Positions 54,401 to 64,000 of a stretch of 64,000 bases of DNA are shown here, piece after piece. The DNA comes from Basidiobolus meristosporus CBS 931.73. Its lineage: Eukaryota; Fungi; Basidiobolomycota. The DNA is taken from assembly GCA_002104905.1 (NCBI GenBank), contig MCFE01000142.1:1-64000 (forward strand), read 5' to 3'. The position numbers were made by a program, and so were the translations under genes. The notes below the pieces were generated by a model. That model made no database searches and had not been told where the DNA came from. It saw only the letters and a list, made by a program, of their open reading frames with translations. Numbering within the stretch: position 1 is the stretch's first letter; each line of letters starts with the position of its first letter.

Positions 54401-54421
54401 TGAGGAAAAACCCAGGAGAAG

Positions 54422-55647
54422 TGTGGTAATGCAAAGTATTCCATTACTACAATATCTCTAAACCAATATTGCACTCATTTCTTTATTTTGCTTTTGCTAT
54501 TGTAACACAAAAGTGAAAGATCAAGAATTTCCAACTTTGATGAACAAATGCTCCAAACCCTGACAAGCAATCCACCCAAGAATATTATGTCATACAGAAC
54601 ATGTAGTAGCCAACACATGTTTCAAGTTACAGCTCATTTGAAGCAGTACTTAAGGAGTTATGACCAAGAAAGTCCAACTATTATATATACTATGCCTTAT
54701 TGCTAGGATTACTATGGTGACTTTGATTGTGTGTAACTTTCAAACCAGCCAATCAGATCACGTGATATTTTTACAGGTGCTGCGCCTATGTCCAATCTAC
54801 GCCACTGCAAAATTTTAGCTTCGTATCACGTGTATTGCTTGCGCAATTGCCCAAAAACTTTGATCCTTCAAAATTTTCATATATATGACTTCCCCAGCTG
54901 AAAAATAAAGGAGCCTCTCTTTCCAGAATCTCCGCACTTCAATAACAAGTTTAAAGGTTATAAGACTTCCCCTGCATCACTTGCACTGTTGAGTATTCTG
55001 ACTTTGATTGGTACTACATCAGTAAAGAGACTGCAAAGCTCACAAGAATCCAATCTAAGTTCTACAAGAATCTACCACTTTTCTGTTGGAAAAGTCCCCT
55101 CTAAGAAACCCCTTTACTCTAAAGACACCCCTTTAGACACCCCTTTAGTCTGAAGACCCCTTTAGAGACCCCTTTAAGAAACCCCTTTACTCTAAAGAAG
55201 CCCCTTTAGGCACCCCTTTAATGTAAAGTCCACTTTAGAGACCACTACAAGAAGCCCCATTACTCTAAAAACACCCCTTTAGGTCTAAAGACCCCTTTAG
55301 AGACTTCTACAACACACCCCTCTAGGTTAAAGGGGAATTCAGAATTTCCATATTAGGAAATATTTTCTCAGAAACAATGTGACCTCCAAATAAGGAAAAG
55401 TTACTATAAAAGTAAATAAGCCCATTAGTCAACAGAAGGTCAGAACACTGCTGTAGAAGTGATAAACACTGCCTACAGTATATTTTGAGCCTAAGATTGA
55501 GGAAATTAGTGAAAGTTATATCTTCTATCGGTATATCAAACTCCCAATAACCTATTTCAGTATCAGCATACTGGAAGTTGTTGTATATTGTTGATTAGCC
55601 TCTACATTGTAGAACAAGCCCCAAACTAATCATAATACAACACAACA
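54422..55647 (+). mobile_element. Solo LTR family X copy C
   Basis: TGTGG...CAACA termini, perfect GAAG/GAAG TSD; removal restores the PHIS sequence. Confidence 0.92.
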
Positions 55648-55888
55648 GAAGATGATGCAATTGCTTTGAATTGCTATTATTTGTAATGATTCCAACAACC
55701 CATTTTATTTGCAATCTGAAACAAGCCATTGCAAATCAGTGATCATCAAATTTTTGATATAAGTAATATCAAGGTCATCTCATATTTGAGACAGAACCCC
55801 TATAAATAAACACCCTGCATATATATACATCATCTGTAATACCAGTGCAGCTATTGGATCTGTTTTGCGCCTACCCAATTGCTTTTGT

Positions 55889-56958
55889 TGTAGTGGGGTG
55901 AAAGTGACACCCACTGATAGATGTGCTCATTCCCTTATCTTCTACTTCCCTATATCTCTACTACAATTACTTTAGTTTTATCCCATTTATCTAACCCAAT
56001 CAGTACTGTCCCATAAGCTGGTTGACTATCACACCTGCTTACCTTATTGCATAAGTTGCCCCTTGCTTTATGTAAGATTATTAGCTATAAGTGCTTCTAT
56101 ATTAGGCAGGTACCTGCGCCAGTATCCGTGACACCTGATCAACCCCTGTCACCATCCCTGCCATTTCCATACCATATATGGTATTCCTATGTTACACAGG
56201 TTTCAGAATACTGATTCCTGATTGGTTGGATGTGCATTGCCTCTTAGAACCTTCCAGCACCTACTAGGACATTCTTAGGTCATTCTGATGTCATTGAGAT
56301 TTCTATTGATATCTGGAACCTTCTAGAACACCATGATTAGTGATCACTTAGCCAGTAAGAAAAGTATATAAGGGAGGCTATCCCTCAACAATAAATAATC
56401 ATCCCTTTTATCAATATACCAACTTGTTGATTAGTGTGATCACTGCTACCTGCTGCTACCTGAACTTCCAACCCCAGACCACAGGACACTCCCAGGAAAC
56501 CGCGCTGACAGCCAACTGACCTTGGAGGCACTACTTGTGAGGAATACTCAGAGTAGGTATCTTTTATTATATTTGATTCTTTCCCAAGTTTGTTCTTGTA
56601 CAGGCAAAGATACTTTTCTGTCTTTGTAACTATTGACCACAGCTGCATTCTTATCAAGTCCCTGCTGGTGGAGTTTACAGTTGTTTTGACTTTGGAAGCT
56701 TTAGTACATTGTCATCTCAAAGGACGCTGAACCCAGCACATACTTTTGTTAAGACGCCAACTAAGTTTGGGATTGTAGCTCAATAGTTTTCCCTTGACAA
56801 GCTTGTGGCTTTATACCCCTTCACATTAGATTAGAGACAGAACCCAAGTATTCCTAGCAAGCTTTTGCCAGAGGTTATTGCACCCAGTGAACACCCCACA
56901 CACAAAACACTTGAGAAGTGTTGGACGTATCTCTCCCTTAGACTTATACACCACCACA
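55889..56958 (+). mobile_element. Solo LTR family Y copy 2
   Basis: TGTAGTG...CACCACA; flanks TTGT/GTGT. Confidence 0.9.
56315..56372 (+). promoter_or_regulatory. Heat-shock-element-like triplet (gGAAccTTCtaGAAc) and TATA box in LTR Y
   Basis: Matches nGAAnnTTCnnGAAn; also at 45492-45506 and 57869-57883; TATATAAG at 56365 and 57919. Confidence 0.55.
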
Positions 56959-57441
56959 GTGTACTAGCTATGACACCTTGTCCAATCACTAGGATCAAGG
57001 ATTTACTTGCTCAATGGGCAAAATGAGATAGTTGATGGCAAATCAGGTAGCTTGCTTAGTAGTCAATGAGTCAATTGGGGGCTGCCAGCTTCAGGATACT
57101 TTTGGACCAATTAACCACTGATATACCATCCAATTGGAACAATTGTAACCAGAATGGTAAGTATCAGTGTAGTATATAGTGTGATACACATTTATTTCCA
57201 TTTACATTAAAGAAACATATCCAAATACCGGATTTTACCTGCCATAATAGCGGTATCCAATTGCGCACGTGATGCAAACATTACAAGTTGGCGCAATCAT
57301 CCGTGCCAACTTCATTGTGTCAGATTGAGCCATAGTGTGCAAGAATGTCTCACATAGTGCAAAATTGTCCAAGAACAATCCTGCCTTCTGGTAGCTTTAA
57401 TATTGCGCCCAATTGTTCTTTACAACTGCAGATTGCGCCGC

Positions 57442-60400
57442 TGTAGTGGGGTGACAGTGACACCCACTGATAGATGTGCTCATTCCCTTATTTTCTACTT
57501 CCCTATATCTCTACTACACTTATTTTTGTTTTATCCCATTTGTCTTACCCAATCAGTACAATCCCATAAGCCGGTTGACTATCACACCTGCTTACCTTAT
57601 TGCATAAGTTACCCCTCACTTTATGTAAGATTACTATCTACAAGTACTTCTATATTAGGCAAGTACCCGTGCCAGTACCTGTGACACATGATCAATCCGT
57701 GTCACCATCCCTACCATTTCCATACCATATATGGTATCCCCATGTTACACAGGTCTCAGAGTACTGATTCCTGATTGGTTGGATGTGCTGTGCCTCTTAG
57801 AACCTTCCAGCACCTACTTAGAACATTCTTAGGTCATTCTGATGTCATTAAGACTTCTATTGATATCTGGAACCTTCTAGAACACCATGATTAGTAATCA
57901 CTGAGCCAGTAAGAAAAGTATATAAGGGAGGCTATCCCTCAACAATAAATAATCATCCCTTTTATCAATATACCAACTTGTTGATTAGTGTGATCACTGC
58001 TACCTGCTGCTACCTGAACTTCCAACCCTAGACCACAGGACACTCCCAGGAAACCACGCTGACAGCCAACTGACCTTGGAGGCACTACTTGTGAGGAATA
58101 CTCAGAGTAGGTATCTTTTAGTATATTTGATTCTTTCCCAAGTTTGTTCTTGTACAGGCAAAGATACTTTTCTGTCTTTGTAACTATTGACCACAGCTGC
58201 ATTCTTATCAAGTCCCTGCTGGTGGAGTTTACAGTTGTTTTGACTTTGGAAGCTTTAGTACATTGTCATCTCAAAGGACACTGAACCCAGCACATACTTT
58301 TGTTAAGACGCCAACTAAGTTTGGGATTGTAGCTCAATAGTTTTCCCTTGACAAGCTTGTGGCTTTATTCCCCTTCACATTAGATTAAAGACAGAACCCA
58401 AGTATTCCTAGCAAGCTTTTGCCAGAGGTTATTGCACCCAGTGAACACCCCACACACAAAACACTTGAGTAGTGTTGGACGTATCTCTCCCTTGGACCTA
58501 TACACCACCACATATTTGGCACCCAATGTGGGGGGTTCACACAAGCTCCCTAGTACCCAAAAAGATTTACCTGAAGATTTGAGCTGTTATCCACCTGTTG
58601 AAAAGAGACTACCAATATTACCAAGATTACAACACCAACCTACCTGCCCAAAATGAACTCTATGCCATTACCACTCTCACATGGAGCCCCACAGTTTGAT
58701 GGAAAGAATGTGGAAAGCTTCATATTCAAATGGGAGAAGCTCTGCAAGATGTCCAGCCTATCTGAACAAGAAATGGCTGAAGACTTCCCCTACTACTGCA
58801 CCGATTATATTACCACTAAGCTTCTAAGACAAGGAGACATTCTCACTGACTGGGCCTTAATGAAGACCTACCTACAGACCAAGTATGGTAGACCCTAGAT
58901 ATACTATGGAACTGAAGACCTCAGGCACTTTGGAAGAGCTGGACTTTCCAAGCTACCACTTGAAGAGTTCATTCAACAGTATGAAGAAATGGCCAAGCCA
59001 CTCCTAGAGTCCCAGGCTATAACTGAGTTTACCATGACACTTTACCTTGCACAAGGGCTTCCCCAGGACTTGGCAAGGAAAGTTGACTTACATGCAGCCA
59101 AGGATGACAAGTCCGGCTTTCCTTGCTTTGCAGAGATGAAATGTGTTCTCCTAGAGGCAAAGCAAACTTCTACCTTTACGAGACTCCTGACATCTAATCT
59201 GCCAGACCAGTCAACCAAGGAGCCAAGGAGTGCTGCTGCTGACAATCAGACCTACACTACCGACAGAATTGACCAACTTGCTGAACAGCTACAAAAACTA
59301 GCCCTCAAGATTAATGGCTTGGCTGAGGTTGCTACTGAGGGACAAAGACCTTTGCCCAGGCACTGCATCTGGTGTGACTCTACTCAGCATGCCAGACAAG
59401 AATGCTCAGAGCTTAGTCAGCTACGCAGAGAAGGAGCAGTACAGTATGATGCTGATGGAATGCTTGCTGACAAGGAAGCAGAAGGATACCCACTAATTTC
59501 AAAAGAGGAGGAATGAGAGCCCTTTTCCAGAAATCTGACTCAGCAACCAGAAAGATTACTGTTGATGCCCCTATTGGGACTCATAAAGTGAATCCAAGCA
59601 GCCCTGACAACAGACAATACAAAGTTGATGCCTTTGCTACCAAAAGACACCTCCCTGAAGAACCTGCCAAACCCCTCCTTAGAAGACCATGATTTGAAGA
59701 ACCTGAAGTTGTTATTGACAAGAGTCCTAGTATGCTGCCCACCCAAGATCCATTGCCTCACTTTCAGATGACCTCAAAGATAGCAAGCTACTCAAGCCCT
59801 CAGCTGATTACTGAGAAGCTGCTGAAGCAGAACCTCACTTTGTCAATTGGAGAAATCATGAGTGTATCCTCATCTGTTAGGAAGACCTTTGATGAGCAGC
59901 TTAGAACAAGACAACAAGCTGTTGAACATATGGACACCCATATAATTCAGACAAACCATGAAGACCACCAAAAAGACAACGACACTACTGAATATAAGAC
60001 CTTTTACTCAGTTGCAACTGCTGTGGTGAAAGGATATATATATGATGACCATGTTGACTGCCATATTGACAGTGGCTCAGAGATTTGTGTTATGCCGCTA
60101 GACTTCTGGAAGACACTTAGAAGCAAGGAGCTACTGCCTGTTAATAGAGATAATGGATGGAACATGACTGATGTAAACTCAGGATCTAGTCCACTCTACA
60201 GTGTAGTGCACAAGTTCCCTATTTAGGTACAAGGAATCAAGGTCTGGCTTCCCCTCTTCATCTGCCAGAAGGCAAACTTTGACCTTCTGCTAGGTAGACC
60301 ATGGGAAACCAGTACTAAGGCTACAACTACCAACTATTCTGATGGGTCAGTATGGTACACCATACAAGGATCCAACCCAGGACTACAGTCAACCTTCTGT

Positions 60401-62316
60401 GGTGTCACACCCAACCATAAGAGGACACATACTGCTTGCCAGAAGACACATCTTATTATGGAAGAAGATGAGGAGCCTGACAATATACACCCCAACATTT
60501 GGAGCCGCTCATTAGGTATACAGGAGCAGACTGCTATGGTTTGGACAAAATACAAGACAGTAGAACAGAAGATTAGACCATCACTTACACCTTTGACTGA
60601 TGGATCCTGACCTGCTGATTACATTAGACCACCAGAAGAAACACCAGATGATACACAACTTACACCTGAGAGACTTAAGCAACTTATCATTGGTGATGGA
60701 AACCTAACACCAGAGGAGATACTATTATTCAAGGAGACCTTGAAAAGGCATGATAAGGTCTTCTCATATAATGACAAGGAGATGGGACTCTTAAAGACAT
60801 TGGCTGAAAAACCCATTGAGATTCATACAGTGCCCCACACACCCTGGTCATTTAAGCCTTACCCACTGCCCAGAGGACTCCAAGCTGATGTGCATGACCT
60901 ACTTAAGAAGAAGATAGAAGCTGGTATCCTGGAACCTTGCCATGGACCCTATGCTAACAGATGGTTTGTGACCAAAAAGAAGAATGGAAAGCTCCAATTC
61001 ATTCAAGACATGCAACCTGCAAATGCTGTCACTATCAGAGACGCTGCTATACCTCCATCTATTGATGACTTTGCAGAAAGCTTTAGTGGCCACTCCATCT
61101 ACTCAACATACAATCTCTACTCAGGATATGACCAGATTCCCCTTGATGAGACATCAAGAGATATGTTTGCACTACAGACACCATTTGGACTATTAAGGAT
61201 GACAAGACTCAGCCAAGGGGCTACAAACTCCGTGGCTCAGTTCCAGAGATGCATGGTGAATGTGCTATACCAGTTTATACCTGAGAAACTTGCTGTCTTT
61301 GTTGATGACATAGGCATCAAAGGACCAAAAACCCAGGACACCACTGAAGTCATGCCTGGAGTCAGAAAGCTTGTCTATGATCATATTTCAGACAATGATG
61401 CCATACTAGGAGCCATTGAAGAAGCTGTACTCCCCATCAGTGATGAGAAAAGCAGCTTTGGTGTATCAGAGATAACCATTGTTGGACAAAAATGCAATAC
61501 CTTTGGTCGCTCACCTGGAGATTCCAAGACACAAAAGATATGCAACTGGCCTACCCCCACAAATCTAACACAAGCTTGTGGCTTTGTGGCAGCTTGTGGG
61601 TTCTTTAGGATCTGGATCCCAAGATTTTCTGAGATAGCAGAACCAATCCACCGACTACAGAGAAAGAATACCCCATTTATCTGGGGAGAAGAGCAAGAAG
61701 AAGTCATGCAATTACTGAAAGAGGCCTTAGTATCTCCACCAGTTCTAAGACCTCTTGACTATCAGAACACTGAATGCCCACCTATATTGACAGTGTATGC
61801 AAGCCCTATAGGAGCTGGAGCACTACTTGGACAAGATGATGAAGACGGCAACCGCTACTGCACTGACAGCCAACTGACCTTGGAGGCACTACTTGTGAGG
61901 AATACTCAGAGTAGGTATCTTTTATTATATTTGATTCTTTCCCAAGTTTGTTCTTGTACAGGCAAAGATACTTTTCTGTCTTTCTAACTATTGACCACAG
62001 CTGTATTCTTATCAAGTCCCTGCTGGTGGAGCTTACAGTTGTTGTGACTTTGGAAGCTTTAGTACATTGTCATCTCAAAGGACGCTGAACCCAGCACATA
62101 CTTTTGCTAAGACGCCAACTAAGTTGGGGATTGTAGCTCAATAGTTTTCCCTTGACAAGCTTGTGGCTTTATTCCCCTTCACATTAGATTAGAGACAGAA
62201 CCCAAGTATTCCTAGCAAGCTTTTGCCAGAGGTTATTGCACCCAGTGAACACCCCACACACAAAACACTTGAGTAGTGTTGGACGTATCTCTCCCTTGGA
62301 CCTATACACCACCACA
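57442..62316 (+). mobile_element. Ty3/gypsy element family Y: 5' LTR 57442-58512, PBS, gag-PR-RT, internal deletion, 3' LTR remnant ~61862-62316
   Basis: Perfect CCGC/CCGC TSD; gag APQFDGKNV, CX2CX4HX4C knuckle CIWCDSTQHARQEC, protease IDSGSEI, RT AVFVDDIGIKG; several stops. Confidence 0.93.
58517..58533 (+). promoter_or_regulatory. Primer binding site, tRNA-Lys type, CpG-decayed
   Basis: TGGCACCCAATGTGGGG versus the Lys1,2-type TGGCGCCCAACGTGGGG; both differences are at CpG. Confidence 0.7.
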
Positions 62317-62430
62317 CCGCATACCCTGGCACAGTACAATGGAACAAGTCTATTGTAGTAATGGAATACTTTCCATTACCACATATCTTGATAAGTTCCT
62401 CATATCCAAGTTACTATTTAACTTGCAATA

Positions 62431-64000
62431 GGTTATGAGCCTTGATTGCCTTGACCTATTTTAAAGATGACTTCTACCAGCAAACAGAACAATACAAACA
62501 TCTTCCCTGTAAAGGAGAGGTTTGATGGGAAGAACTACGGACTTTGGAGAATCAGGATGTATATCCAGCTTGAGGAAAGAAAGCTTCAGTATATAGTAAC
62601 AGGAAAAGAAGTTGAGCCCAAAGGAACAGCAGAAGAAGTGGAGAAGTTTCAAGAGAAGGAGAGAAAGGCCTTTGATGCTATATGTATCAATGTGCAAGAT
62701 TCCTTCATTAGAGAAATCAGTGCTTCAAATACTGCCAAAGCAGTATGGGAATCCTTAGAGAAGATCTTTAGAGCAAAGTCAGTATCAAGCAAGCATTATT
62801 TGACACAAAAATTCTTCAATATGAGGAAGAAGCCAGATGATGACATGCTACAACTCATTATCATAATGAAGACACTTGCAGAAGAGCTTTACAGTATTGA
62901 TGCTGGTGTAGATGATGAAGAACAGATACTCTGTTGGCTTTGCAGATTACCAGACAGGTATAATCCACTCATACTTTCTTTAGAAAGCAGAGAGGACAAT
63001 TTGACTTTAGTCTATTTCAAAGGAAGACTTCTCCATGTGGATCTCAGACGTAATGATCAAGCAGAGAAAATTGAAGACAATGCTTTATTAAGCTCCAAAA
63101 GGCACACAGAAAAGAAGGGAAAAAAGCAAAACCTAAGAAAACCTGGTTGCTGTAATTACTGTAAGAAGCCAGGACACTAGGCAAGAGAATACAAGAAGAA
63201 ACAAACAGACAAAAAACAGAAACTATAGTAGGCAAACCATATAACTTCTGATGAACATTTGTTTGTAACTGTCCAAGAGAGTGCAAGTAACCAAAGTAAT
63301 AAGTGGTACAATGATTGGAGTATCACAGCATATTTGTGGTATTAAGCAGTGGCTCAGTAACTTAAACAAAATTCCTGTAAGAAAGGTTTATCTGTGAGAC
63401 AACTCTGCACTGGAAGCTACCACCAGTGGGTCTATACTGTTGTGAAAATTTGTAATTCCACCTAAATATTCACCTAACTTAGTCACTTGGATCATTACCC
63501 TTAAATCCTAGAGAATACTGACCAAATTCCTTGTTGGGATTTACTTAGAATATTTTCACCAAAATACCAGGTACCCAGAACATGAAAATTCTCAAAGTTG
63601 TCCAAACAGCCCCAAACTTTGCACACATGTTCTTGGGACCTTCCTTAACCTATTCTACATGTTTGTAATGCCAAGACCAGGTAAAAGTGTAAATACTACT
63701 TTTACATTCAATAAATCATTAAGTGAAAACCACAAAATCTACTTGTTCTCCCAATCACTTCCAATATCTCCAAGACCCTTACAACATATACTACTAAGTC
63801 TGAGTGATATCTCAGGAGCTACAGCAGCAGCATGATTGATGTAGTCTACATACCTAGAATAGCTAATAACCCACTCTCAGTCAGTAAAGTAACTGTTCAG
63901 GGACTGAAACTTGCTATTACTAAGCTGAACTGCTCAATATTGAGTGAAAATGGACAAAAATTAGCTTTGGGAATCAGAGATGACAATATATACATGTTAC
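62431..64000 (+). mobile_element. Ty1/copia element: PBS-like GGTTATGAGCC, gag ORF 62467-63180, decayed knuckle and protease, interrupted ~63438-63825
   Basis: FDGKNYGLWRIRM...AKAVWESLEK...FFNMRK (UBN2-like); CNYCKKPGH*AREY; KVYL*DNSALEA; DVVYIPRIANNPLSVSK. Confidence 0.85.

Larger units (their letters stand above)
51753..62351. mobile_element. PHIS DNA transposon copy 2, inflated to 10.6 kb by nested LTR insertions
   Basis: Left TIR AGATTTGTTCCATTGG, right TIR CAATGGAACAAGTCT, flanking ATT/ATT duplication. Confidence 0.88.

Noticed and set aside
50562-55647. 5-kb DNA transposon with 1.2-kb terminal inverted repeats
   Set aside because: The two arms are independent LTR X copies, each with TG..CA ends and its own flanking duplication; the transposase belongs to a PHIS element with short TIRs
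56385-58211. Duplicated 90-aa minus ORFs (56385-56657, 57939-58211)
   Set aside because: They lie inside LTR Y copies; identity reflects LTR duplication, not coding function

Overview
Eukaryotic DNA from a fungus. An early-diverging lineage (Zoopagomycota/Mucoromycota-like) is inferred from MDM34, TRK, a DSF2-like gene and mostly 52-64 nt GT-AG introns with CTAAC/CTGAC branch points. The window has two compartments. A CpG-rich gene island (~2.5-33.3 kb) carries a Trk K+ transporter, a class I G-alpha, MDM34, a truncated Ldb17/SPIN90-like protein, a fasciclin protein with a large charged repeat insert, a small GPI-type protein, a DSF2/Sel1 protein, a RECQL5-like helicase, a RhoGAP and a long coiled-coil protein. 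A strongly CpG-depleted transposon field lies on both sides: LINE, CACTA, Ty3/gypsy, Ty1/copia, PHIS-type DDE elements and a foldback MITE. From 50.4 to 62.4 kb these elements form a four-level nest that can be read from target-site duplications (TSDs). The most notable observations: a FAS1 domain split by a ~285-aa R/G/D/Y repeat; a gypsy family that inserted three times at GCG (CpG) sites and carries a heat-shock element plus TATA box in its LTR; a RecQ helicase with a RECQL5-type Pol II-binding module; and directly visible CpG (possibly also CpA) hypermutation of repeats. Family calls come from motif recognition by eye, not database searches. Exon boundaries are manual predictions.
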